Source: Veleropilina oligotropha (lineage: Eukaryota). Taken from it: a stretch of 53,120 nucleotides of DNA. Position 1 is the stretch's first letter. Each line of letters begins with the position of its first letter. The stretch lies in NCBI GenBank assembly GCA_048128005.1, contig JBEUKZ010000023.1, positions 434,001 through 487,120 on the forward strand, given 5' to 3'. Below the pieces are notes generated by a model that ran no database searches, was not told the DNA's origin, and saw nothing but the letters and a program-made list of their open reading frames with translations. The position numbers and the translations under genes were made by a program. Positions 38,913 through 50,264 of the stretch are shown piece by piece.

Positions 38913-39364
38913 CTGGAGAAATTTAAGTCACATATTACAAATAAACGTCAGCATGTGGAGAATATAGAAATATCATCTTGAGCATGGGCTGCATAAGCTC
39001 ATTGGACTCCAATGATATTTTGTTATTTGACGAAATAAACAATAAAAAACAACTGGCAGGAATAAAGTTACATATTTAACAAAGAAATCACGAACCCTTC
39101 TTAAAAATATCACATATTTCCTCAAGCAGTAGGGTCTGATTTACCCAAGCATCTGCAATCTATTGTCTGTCAATTTTCACCATCCCAAAATATGTGCCTT
39201 AGGAATATATACAGTATATGACATTCATGCGACTTTTGAGCACGATATCATGGAGAATTTCTATCTCATATTATAAATGTTAAACCTGTATTCATTCAAA
39301 TATATTCACAGTGCTTTCAACAATATATTTTGATTTAATATATGGAAGGTTAAATATTACTTAC

Positions 39365-40765
39365 TCCAATAGTAGTTCCCGAGGACCATCGTCTGATCGA
39401 GTATTGGGTGTCCACTTCACGATTCCAAAATCTGAAGTCTACCTGAGACAGGTCTTGAAACGTGACAGCATCCATATGTGACATCACGCGATCGTGCGTG
39501 TTGACATCGTTGACGAAGTTAGAACAGAGTCCCGAATATGTGACGCCACATTTTTCTATCAGTGTGTTTTCTATGGCTTTTCCAATGGCGTATACTGCAT
39601 TAATCGTTGATAACACGCGTATGTCTTGCGTGAATCCAGCAGCACTTGTAATTGTTTGCAACCTTGAGATGCAGTCGTTTTCGTCCCAGTTTGTACCCAG
39701 GTTGCACTTGTATAGTGTTTCGTAATACTCTCGGAACCACGGATTGTCTTTGGAATCCTCCGGAAAAAGTGTCGCAAGATGATTAATGAATGCTGTGATG
39801 CTCTCCGAAGGCAACGCAAAATCCACCGTGTTTTCTAATGGATCAAACGAACTCTCCACAAGGGCATCTAAGGGTCTATTTGCCATAATTCTGACGTTTG
39901 TTGCTTTAATGTCATTTTTCGCTTTCATTAACCCTTCAACGTGTGGTTTAGGTTCGGAAAATAATGCCACAACATCTGTCGGCGAATCAACGATATATTT
40001 CATTAGCTGATCATATGTGCCATCAGTGACAAACTCATAGGTTGCAGCGATGCATATACCGACATCTGCCATATATTTTACAAATTCGTCTCGCCCTGCT
40101 CGGCCATCTGTGTCAGGGGAATTTATAACGATGATGTACTGATAATCGAGATCATTTGCCAGCATAGCCATCGCGCGTGCCACGTGCGTATCGGAAGGAA
40201 TCGTACGGAAGAACGTGGAATACTTTTGTTTATCAAAGAGCTCGTAAGCAGTGGCAAATGGGCTGACGATTGGAAGGCCGTAATCTTGGAGAAGCAGAGC
40301 AGAATCGATGGTGCTCTGGCTGTTATACGTCATCCAAGCCTGGAAATTTCCAGCGTCCGCCACCGGAAGGGTTCCGGAGTGCAATCCGGAGACAAAATAT
40401 TGAGCCCTTGCGGAGCTGGAACAGCCATCGAAAGCCAGACCTCCCAATTTCACTCCATTTAACCTAATCGGAGACGAGCCGGAATTAATTTGTTCCAAAG
40501 CAAACCTAAACGCTTCGACGTATTGGAATCCGTTGGCGACTTTCATGTCACCGCAGAAGTAGGCGCTACGTCCCATCTCATGAACGTCGAAAATTGCGGG
40601 GATTACAAGATCGCCAGTTATTTTCATGTAAGTGAGCTGGCCAAACAAGTACATGCATTCGGGACAAAAATCAGGACAGCGGGATTCGATGGTTACCAAT
40701 AAATTTGTCTGCATCTCATTCACATTTAAATCTAATCTATCCAGGCTGCCATCAAATGATCCAAC
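39365..40765 (-). CDS. Gene B exon 7: linker plus VFT3
   Basis: tttttcag|GTTGGA...GGA|GTAAGT, 1401 nt, phase 0-0; VGSFDG...SRCPDFCPEC...GDLVIPAIFDVH...FFRTIPSD...NPWFREYY. Confidence 0.95.
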
Positions 40766-40993
40766 CTGAAAAAGAATATAAATAACACTTGTATCGCTTC
40801 GTTGGTGGTCATCCTAAATTAATTTTTTTTTAATTTTTACTCTTTCCATAGCTGTTTAAGATTATAAATAAAACCATTGTTTCAAAATTAATTTAAAGTG
40901 GTAATATTATCATCAATCACATAAATTTATTTTGTTAACCCACTTACATCACTTTTATATTTTTCATTTATTGAACCATCCTTCAATACTTAC

Positions 40994-42481
40994 ATTTTTG
41001 TAGCCATTCAACTGTCCAGAGACGTCATTCATGAAGTTGTGGATCTCATATTTGATGCTGACTTCCCGATCAGAGAAGCTAAAGGTGTTTCCCAATTCAT
41101 CTAAAAAGTTTACAGCAGCAATTTGGTCGCGCAAATAGGCCCCTTTGTCCGCCATGTTCGTAAAGCTGCCACAAATACCATTGTAGTTGGGCGAACACAG
41201 CGCCGAAAGCGTGTCATGCAGCCCGTACGCAATCGCATACACTAGATTTATCGAATGAATAACGTACGGGTTGTATTCAAAATCGTCTCCCTTGGTGATA
41301 TCATTGCCCGTGGTGATGCACTCCGTAGAATATCCCTGTTTATCATTTTCATCGAGATAACAGTTGTGCATAGCTTGATACCAGTCTTTGAACCACGGGT
41401 TTGTGGTGTACGTATTGACGTCTAATCCTTGCAGATAACGTTCAAAAGCCAGCAGACGCGGCGATTGAATCTTCAATGTTATCGAACCATCAGCGATATC
41501 TTCGAGGTCTTCTACAACTTTTTGGCTTGTTCCCCACGTTTCTGTCCCGATCAAGATAAACTCTTGTTTTGCATCCATCAGTTTTATTGCCTCCAGCAGT
41601 GAACGGAAATGTTCTTCTTGTGCGATTACAACAACCGGCTGCACATCGCTTCGACTTCTCAATTTCGTCACGATTTCGGAAAATGTTCCGTCCGTGGTTA
41701 ATTCGTAAGACGCTACGACACATACGCCCACAGCCGCTGCTTCGTCCTTGAACTGCGACACTCCCTGACGACCGTAGTTATCCGGGGCCTGAAGGGTCTG
41801 GACGTACCACCAGCCCAATTGCTTCAACATAAGCGCTATTGCTCTCATTTGCATTCTGTCTGAAGGAATGGCTCGCAGAAAATAGGGATACTTTTCCTGA
41901 TTGGATAATTCAGTACTTGTTGCGGCATAGCCTAAGACAGGTCGTTTTAACTCGTTCATGAACTCTGCGATCGGTATCGTCAACGACGATGTATGCGCGG
42001 CCGTGTATGCATCGATGTTTCGTGGGTCGAGTTCACCATCACTGTTGGATATGTCCATCTGCCCAGTCTGTGCATTGGCTATTAGCATCGTACCAAGGTT
42101 GGCATTGTTGCAATCATCGAAGGCAAGTCCACCAAGAGTGATGCCGCGAAGAAACGATCCCGTTTTCAGTACGGTGTTGACCCGATTCAACGCGTAGACC
42201 ATGGCTTCCATATATTGCGCTCCGGAACGAGTATTTTCATCGAACATGCCACAGGTTAGCTCATTGCTGCCGGGAGAATGAAGGGAAAATATACCGTTTA
42301 TGATGACGTCGCCATGGAGGTACAGATACCTGGTGTCGGCTACAACTCCCAAACAAGGGGCACAACCAGTGACTGGACAAGGCGACGCTGGAAGCGAGGC
42401 TAATTCGGCCGTGCGGTCGAGATTGAACATTTCGGCACTATTCAAATTCAGCTGCAACTGCCCGTTGCCATAGGTACCGAT
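40994..42481 (-). CDS. Gene B exon 6: linker plus VFT2
   Basis: ttattcag|ATCGGT...AAT|GTAAGT, 1488 nt, phase 0-0; IGTYGNG...SPCPVTGCAPC...GDVIINGIFSLH...YPYFLRAIPSDRMQ...DNYG...NPWFKDWY. Confidence 0.95.
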
Positions 42482-42832
42482 CTGAATAAAAGAACATTCG
42501 CTTATGATCTACAGTTAAAATGCATATACTGGGTCATTTCTTCATTTGATAAAGTTTTGACCTTTCCACTCTTTGACAAATACATTTAAAACATGTGTAC
42601 GTTAACGTTAAAGGTATGTTTACAATGATGCTAGAATATATAGTAATTAAAATATTTTGAACTTCATTCTTGACAAAATTATTTGATTTAGGTATTAATC
42701 ACTGATTTCAGTAAACTTTAATTTACATTCAAAGAGAAAAGTAATCAAATTTATACAAATACATGTACGCAGATATATGGCAACCCTTGTGTAATGCTGT
42801 GTTATGTTATAAATTGCTGATCAATAACTTAC

Positions 42833-43753
42833 AGGTCGAAATTTGTAAACAGGCGTTCCACTGCTAGAATCTGAATTGTAATTCATAATGATAAATTTAT
42901 TGACACTTCGATCGAGGTTTGCATCAAAGCCTAATGTATTCGCAGCAAAGTACGGCTCGACAGATGCAGACGAAAAGCTGGAAACTCGTTCGTTGCGATT
43001 ATAGGTGAAGTCTACTTTCGAGAGGTAATTGTCAAAGAAATCTGTTCTCGTCATTTGTTGCAGGAGCAGGCAAGATCCCCGCACAAATCCACATTTCGCT
43101 CTTTGCGCGTCTTTCAACGCTCGCGCATACGTAAACACGGCATGCACCGCGGGCTCTGCAAATGCATCCTGGGAATAGAACTGCCTTCTTGAAGCCTGAG
43201 ACGGAATAACGCAATCTCTGTAGGATCTATATGGGTCATAATTGATATTTTGTAAGCGGCATTCATTTACGGTCATGTACCAGTCTTTATACCATTTGCT
43301 CTCTGCAGACGGATTCTGTGCATCGATTCTCAACAGATGATCTTCGAATTCGACTATCATCCGAATTGCGGGCAAAACGGTAATTATGCCGCGGCCATAT
43401 TTGTTGCTGGCCTGACTGAAATCGGTTGACATTCGAATGCTGTCCGTAAAAACCCACTGAAGCTTGCCTGCATCGCTGTATGTGTTGGCATGTTTTAAAA
43501 TGGTCGATGCTCCGTTGTTGCTACCAAGATAAATCACTCCCACGGCTCCCGTTGCTAGCGCTCGGCCCAAGATGCTGTTCATTCCTGCGATGGTTAAATC
43601 GTCATTTGTGAAGCTGATAGCAGCCGTTAAACACAAGCCTGCTCCAGTAGCTCGGGTCCGAAGTTCATCCACAGCTTCGAGATAGTTGTCGTTGTTTTCA
43701 TACACGACAACAAAGAAATTCCATGACAATGCTTTCAAAACATCAACAACAAC
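42833..43753 (-). CDS. Gene B exon 5: second half of VFT1
   Basis: ctctttag|GTTGTT...CCT|GTAAGT, 921 nt, phase 0-0; VVVDVLKALSWNFF, GLCL, WVFTDS, KWYKDWY. Confidence 0.93.
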
Positions 43754-43969
43754 CTAAAGAGAAAAAAGAAACCAATACTATAAACATAATTTTTAATTAA
43801 TTACACATGAATTATTGAAAGGTGTTGGATTGATTTGTATTGGCGTTTATCAATGACATATATTATCCCTTGCACATTTAAACTATCTGAAAGCAGCTGA
43901 AATAATATGCCTGTATCATCTTCAAATGTACATCATAGTCAGATGAAATTACTTTGATATGCTGTTTTG

Positions 43970-44160
43970 CCAAAGATCTAACCTCGGTAGGGGCAGCACA
44001 CATTTGTTCGAATTATGAATCACAGTTGTCCATAACTGGAGAGGGCGGGTTACCCGAGCGACCGGGCTTTCCGCCCGCGACAGTACGGACATCTCCTGCT
44101 TTGAACCAAATGATGGTTGGAAGGAAATTAATCATCGATCCTTTCCTTTTTCCTTTCCTG
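43970..44160 (+). mobile_element. SINE copy (left member of an inverted pair)
   Basis: gaatcacagttgtccataactgg...gggctttccgcccgcga...atcgatcctttccttt. Confidence 0.75.
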
Positions 44161-44319
44161 TGTTGCTAAAAACCACTCTCACGGGAGGTGTAGTGAATAA
44201 ATATCCATTTCTCTCGCCTGACTGCTCTGATTTACTGGAGTGGCACTTTGTGCAGTTAACAGTCACAGTTGTCTATAACTGGTCGGTTCATGAGGGTTCC
44301 TCTCACGATAATATGACTC

Positions 44320-44527
44320 TGAGGATGTCCATATTATCGCGGGACGAAACCCTGGTCGCCCTGGGAAAACCACCCTCTCCGACCAATTACGTACCACTCT
44401 GATTCATAACTGAACGAATAATGCCAATGTCCCAACTGAGATCCGAACCCACTACTGTTCGTGTCACTGAAATCAAGCTAGCGATTTCAGAGTCTGCAAC
44501 CGAAACCACACGACTGTCAGAGCGGTC
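44320..44527 (-). mobile_element. SINE copy (right member of an inverted pair)
   Basis: atgtccatattatcgcgggacgaaaccctggtcgccc...gaacccactactgttcgtgtca...gcaaccgaaaccacac. Confidence 0.8.
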
Positions 44528-44652
44528 TTTACCAGGTATGAACGAACCGGAAGTAATATTGCTAAAACTAGGATGACTCCAGAAGTTGCAATTTCGCTCT
44601 TTTCGTATTTTCCGATCAGTATATTGAACTATCGTGATCCGTATCAACAGAC

Positions 44653-44819
44653 CTGCATGTGGGGCCCAATAGGGGGAACAGTCCTCATGAAGGTTGGATG
44701 CTCCATCTTGTCGCTTAGACTTTTTGCCGTTGCGGAAAAGGATACCACAGGAATGTTATATTTCTGTGCCCACTTCGAGACCTGTATAGCCGAAGAACTC
44801 TCGGACGGTCCAATAATAC
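44653..44819 (-). CDS. Gene B exon 4 (VFT1 binding loops)
   Basis: ccatgcag|GTATT...CAG|GTCTGT, phase 1-0; GIIGPSESSSAIQVSKWAQKYNIPVVSFSATAKSLSDKMEHPTFMRTVPP. Confidence 0.92.
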
Positions 44820-45620
44820 CTGCATGGAATCAGATTATGTAGTTGTATTATTAGACAATAATATTTTAGGTATATTCTCTCCGATTTTATTGATTACATT
44901 TAAGTAAAAGGTAGGTATTCATAGGAATTTTTTTCCAAATACTTAAAACGATATTACATCAGCTTAGAGGTTTCAAACAGCTTGATTCAAAATATATTTA
45001 ACATAGTTACGTTTTTGTACATATTAGTAATTTTACAACATTGCATATACTAGATTTTTATGAAATGTATAATAATTCATTTCATAACAATATTAAATTT
45101 AATTTAATATTAAAAGACATATTTGCTATAACGGATATGTTACACAAATAACACTTCAACAACAACAGGCAACCACTTTGATTGATTGATGGATGGTATG
45201 TGTACTTAATAAATAGCAAATTGTAATATAGAATTCGAGGTAATTTATTGATATTAATAGAATTTGAAATAAATGAAACATATGACAGTCGAAACGTCGT
45301 ACGTTCAAAACAAGTTCCAAAGTAAGTAAACAATTTTACATTATGACCATTTTGTATACTGGCAAATAACATATCATGTTGAATTGAAATATTGATAAAT
45401 AATCTCGACTCTAAATATTATTGCTGTAATGTAATTTCAGAATAACTTCTTTCACAATGTTATTGTGCATTGAAATGTTTGTTCTTGTGGAGACAAATTT
45501 GCTAATGAACCGCTTAATTAGCCACTTATTTTGAGCAGCAAATACTAAAGTTCTGCCTAGCTGTATAGATAGCCAAGAGCTAGGATAAGGGTGTGGACTA
45601 TGAATTCACTCGCTTGACTG

Positions 45621-46261
45621 GGGGCCTTTTCACGAACATGACATAGGCTAGGCTATAGCCTAAGTCGGTTATTTTCACGAAACAAAATGGTGGACACCAC
45701 CCGCTTCGAATATCATTTAGCCAATTAAACATATTTTAATTTTACATTGAGGCATATCACTACTTTAAATATAAGTCATTTTCAAGAAAATATATTATTA
45801 TCGTAAATTAGAGATAATAATTATTAGTTTAGAAAGAAAACAAATGTACCGGTATGCAAATCGTCGTACATTTCACTCCAGGGAGAAAACTCTACCATAT
45901 CGCCTTATTTTGACAGCGTGTTGCATCTTGAAATAGCTAGTCGACTATCAAATCCTTAGCCACCTATGCAGCTGGTTAAGGATCATAGCCATCTAAGGCG
46001 GAGTTGTCTCCCTGGAGCGAAATGTACAACGATTTGCATACATTTGTTTTCTTTCTAAACTAATAATTATTATCTCTAATTTACGATAATAATATATTTT
46101 CTTGAAAATGACTTATATTTAAAGTAGTGGTATGCCTCGATGTAAAATTAAAATATGTTTAATTGGCTAAATGATATTCGAAGCGGGTGGTGTCCACCAT
46201 TTTGTTTCTTGAAAATAACCGACTTAGGCTATAGCCTATGTCATGTACGTGAAACGGCCCC
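45621..46261. mobile_element. Foldback MITE (Harbinger-like) with ~260-bp near-perfect arms
   Basis: ggggccttttcacgaacatgacatagg... inverted at ...cctatgtcatgtacgtgaaacggcccc; flanks ctg/cag. Confidence 0.88.
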
Positions 46262-46289
46262 CAGATCTGACTAACAGAAGCATGCATGT

Positions 46290-46420
46290 CCAAATCCCAG
46301 GTTGAGAGTTTTGTTCAGTTAATAGTCAGAGTTGTCCATAACCGGCCGGTGATGGCAGTTTTTCCCGAGTAACAAGGCTCTCCTCCCGGGATAATATGGA
46401 CATGTCCTCATATGAATCTG
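46290..46420 (+). mobile_element. Partial SINE copy
   Basis: gttgtccataaccgg...tcctcccgggataatatggacatgtcct. Confidence 0.65.
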
Positions 46421-47021
46421 AACATTGTAGAATAGATAATTCATGGTCCTAAAGGATGGTATTGTAGGTATTTTATTTCCTGAGCAGCAGTTACGCAAGA
46501 GTTAACATCACGTGACCAAGGCCTTTCGATAATGGACGAAAAGTCGAAAATTTTCAGTTTCATAAAAGTTCTAAAAGTAAACAAGAACGATGCGTTCGGA
46601 ATATGTCTTGACAAATGTATGTTTGTGCCGTCTGTTATATATTGGGGTACATTTTATTTTATAATTAAATATGAATGCACATTTCATTTTTCTAATAGTC
46701 TTTGTTTACTTCACAAGATTATTATTTAGCATACTGATTGCTGAAGATCCATGCACTGTGTGACGTCACACTGTTATGACGTTTAAAACAAAAAGATACA
46801 ATTTATAGCAATTTGACCTCAACACCTGCAACAAAGTGAAGTCATGGAGATATTTGTGTCTATAGACTCTTTATAGCAATTATGCATAAAAAGTCCTACT
46901 AAATGCACTTTTTGCAAAAATTGTGTTACGAAAGTTATATACACGACCTACAAATACTCGTGGGATACCAATTTTTATGACAATTGATCCGGTAGTTTTC
47001 ATATAAATCGACGGATATATA

Positions 47022-47905
47022 TACAAGAGCCATCAGAAGAAGACGTATCCCCACCAGTTGAACGTTAATTTTAACACTACATCCATGCTTTTTAGTGTAA
47101 GCAAGAAGACAGAGCCATCGATATCCCCCGCAATGGTTAATTCCAAAGGAAACATTAACGAATTTACAACAAGGACAATAACTCTGTTATGAGTCACCGC
47201 ACAACGTCGAAACTAGCAAAATGCACCAGTTCACCAACTACTGAAGACACCCACCAAATTTCATAAGATATGCCAATCGGTTTATGAGATATCCTCCGGA
47301 AAAGAGAACATTTCATAAAGATATGCTGAGCGGTTCATGACATACGGTCCGGAAAAGATAAGATTAACGAATTTACAACAAGGGCAGTAACTCTGTTAAT
47401 AATCACCGATCAATGTCGAAAGTGGCGAAAGGCACCAGTTCACCGACTACTGAATACACCCTGCAAGTATCGTAAAGTATATTGAGTGGTGTATGAGATA
47501 TGGTCCGGAAAGATCAGATTAGCGAATTTACAACAAGGGCAGTAACTCTGTTAATAATCGAATCTCAACATCGAAACTGGCAAAAGGCACCAGTTCATCG
47601 ACTACTGAATACACCCTGCAAGTATCGTAAAGTTATATTGAGCGGTGTATGAGATACGGTCCGGAAAAGATAACATTAGCAAATTTACAACAGGGGCAGT
47701 AACACTGTTAATAATCAGCGCTCAATGTCGAAACTGACAAAAGGCACCAGTTCACCGACTACTTAATACACTCTGCAAGTATCGTAAAGTTATGTCGAGC
47801 GGTGTAAGAGATATGCCCCGGAAACGATATCGATTACAAACAGACGGACGGACAGACAGACTGGGCGATCGCAAGATCCCCCCGTTGGTAACCAGGGGGA
47901 TATTA
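47022..47905 (+). mobile_element. Helentron/HINE (pearl-like) element with four ~156-bp tandem units
   Basis: Starts acaagag; units begin atta.c.aatttacaaca at 47154, 47363, 47518, 47675; acagacggacggacagacagac tract; 3' hairpin atcccccc...gggggat. Confidence 0.75.
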
Positions 47906-47907
47906 AG

Positions 47908-47959
47908 TATATGTATATGTATATGTATGTATGTATGTATATATGTATATATGTGTATA

Positions 47960-48008
<49 letters not shown>

Positions 48009-48073
48009 GTATATATATGTATGTACGTACGTTCATACATACATACATACACACATACATACATACATATATA
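47908..48073. repeat. Compound (AT)/(ATGT)/(ACAT) microsatellite
   Basis: Direct reading. Confidence 0.95.
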
Positions 48074-48195
48074 TTAAGCATAGATCCAAAACGGAATCTC
48101 GCAAAGACATTTGTTAATCAATAGATTATTTAGCGATTAATTTTGAGCAGACATCACTACAGTTCCTCCAAAATATCTGCTTGAATTCAACCTAC

Positions 48196-48318
48196 CGAGA
48201 TCCAGATTTGCGTTGTTTACTGTGCAGTCTGAAGAGAGTGTACTGGTGAAGGAGAGCAGATCTTCCGCCGCGGATATCGCTCGCTCGCCATTAGAGCAAT
48301 AATCCTGCATGTTCATAC
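48196..48318 (-). CDS. Gene B exon 3 (not in the ORF track)
   Basis: tatttgtag|GTATG...CTCG|GTAGGT, 123 nt, phase 1-1; GMNMQDYCSNGERAISAAEDLL... supplies the D-x-C motif of VFT1. Confidence 0.88.
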
Positions 48319-48781
48319 CTACAAATAGAGCGGTATTTCATTTGATTTTAATCGGTTACTTTTACGACCACATTTTTTATTCAAATTGTGGAAGTTATTT
48401 TATCCATTCCCCACCTCCCTCTGGTAGCCTTCTTGTTTAATATAGACCCTAGATAATTCACCATGCCATTTTTTGAAATGTTTTAACCGGAAAATGCATC
48501 ACAAAATCGTCATCATGATTTAAATTTGTATTATCTTTGCAGAGGACTGATAATGGGTTCATCCCACCTTGTTTTTCAATAACGAGCCAAATTGCAATAT
48601 GCTGCCAGAACCCTACGGAGGTGAGGGTAATTATCTCTCCAGTCAGTTTAAATGACTTATGATATGGTTAATTGATTACAAATTACTTTCCAAAATTTCT
48701 CTATTTATCTTTCCTCTTACATTCAAATAAAAACTAAAATTATTAAACACTGAAATAATGGTAGGTAATATTATCACTTAC

Positions 48782-48895
48782 CAAGTTTGATCCCGGGGAT
48801 ATACGTGTCATTCAGAAAATCCGTGTTCAGCGTTTCGCCTTCAATGTTTAGAAGTTCAAGGACCCATCGCACAGCTTCGTAAGAATGCATGGACC
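48782..48895 (-). CDS. Gene B exon 2 (not in the ORF track)
   Basis: tattccag|GGTCC...CTTG|GTAAGT, 114 nt, phase 1-1; WSMHSYEAVRWVLELLN...YIPGIKLG (cf. EAMxxAxxxIN...LPGxxLG). Confidence 0.9.
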
Positions 48896-48922
48896 CTGGA
48901 ATAAGAATTGGTTACTAGTATA

Positions 48923-49345
48923 CAGGCACAGATCCAGGAATTTCGCTTAGGGGGGGGGCGCTGAATTTACTATCAAATGTTGGCGTGGGGGCGGGGCCCC
49001 ACGCGAAAGAAAATTTTGAGAATCAACAGCCTGAAACCCCCTCTCCTGCACTCTGACAGGGCAAAAGCGATATTTCATTCTAACTTTTTATGAACCACTG
49101 TCACCCAAATAGCATGAGTCAAATTTTTATTTTATTTCGTCATAATCGAATTGTCGGCGCACCACGCGCAAGAAAATTTTGACAATTAATGAAGTGAAAT
49201 CCCCCCTCCTACATTATTACATTGCAACAGCCTATTTATAATGTTCTGAAAGTCATTTGTATCAGATTATACATATTATTTTAGTATGCTTGGCCAACTT
49301 TATGGGGGGCGCGTGTCGGGTGTGCCCGCCCTGGATCCGCGCCTG
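48923..49345. mobile_element. MITE, CAGGCGCGGATCCAG subfamily, copy 4
   Basis: TIRs caggcacagatccagg / cctggatccgcgcctg; exact 5-bp TSD gtata; 27 nt from the exon 2 boundary. Confidence 0.88.
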
Positions 49346-50059
49346 GTATATATATATTTAAACAGTTAATAGCATATAGCTGCACACACTTTTAGCATAC
49401 CACATCACTTTGATTCAATAAAAACATATGCATGAAACAATATCATTCAGATACTTGACTGATACTGATTCTATTAATTCGTAAATGTCATACATTATCT
49501 CAAATATTTTCAATTATTGACCATGTTTTTACACTTATTAAAAACAGAATGTAATTATTAACAGGGCTCTAGATAATTATTAACCCAGGGTACTGTATGA
49601 AACACCCTGTTTTCGTAGAACGAGTGTATTATTATACTAAACTAGAAATTTGCTTCTCGACGTTGCCGATAATCGTGTATTTATTCAAACTCTGTAGTTC
49701 TTCACGATATATGTTGATTTAATTAATTAAAGGCATTAATTTGGTGGATTATCTCCTTTCATACATTATACTTCTATAACCCCGAACCTTCATACAAAAC
49801 TATAAATTCAATAAAGAATATGATGTGTGCACCCAATTTCTTGAACATGGGCGTAAATGTATGCCCAGTTTTGATAAAGTGGGCGTATTCCTTTTTTCGG
49901 GCATATCTACGCCTGTATGCCCTTTTTATAGAGCTCTGTTTTAATAACTTTTAATTCTTTAACCTCCACAAAAGAGTATATTTACAGTGTTACTACATTG
50001 ATTCTATTATGTGTAGCGCCACATGTTTGGATCATCCAGGAAGGAATAACTAGGCTTAC

Positions 50060-50264
50060 ATTCCAGTGGCTGACCGCATCCATATCCGTCTTTACCGGCC
50101 TCGTGGAAATTGAAAAGTCCGGTGATCCATGCAGTGGCGCCACTCTGGACAGTAACGCGGTTATCGTTCAGATCACACGTTTCCTTCTTCACAGTGTTCA
50201 CTGAGGTGGTAATTGTCGCAAAAGATAGCACCAAAAGGAAGAAAAATATCTGGTGTGGACTCAT
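50060..50264 (-). CDS. Gene B coding exon 1: signal peptide and start of VFT1
   Basis: ttttcag|A ATG at 50264; MSPHQIFFFLLVLSFATITT signal peptide; WITGLFNFHE...YGCG; donor T|GTAAGC, phase 1. Confidence 0.88.

Noticed and set aside
33898..43738. A cluster of five separate receptor or periplasmic-binding-protein genes, or a bacterial transfer
   Set aside because: Internal VFT ORFs lack signal peptides and true starts, begin and end at in-phase splice sites, carry animal class C motifs (NPWF, Cys pattern), and share a single 7TM exon.
33925..43753. Assembly duplication as the cause of repeated VFTs
   Set aside because: The copies are highly divergent in protein and DNA and their introns are unrelated.
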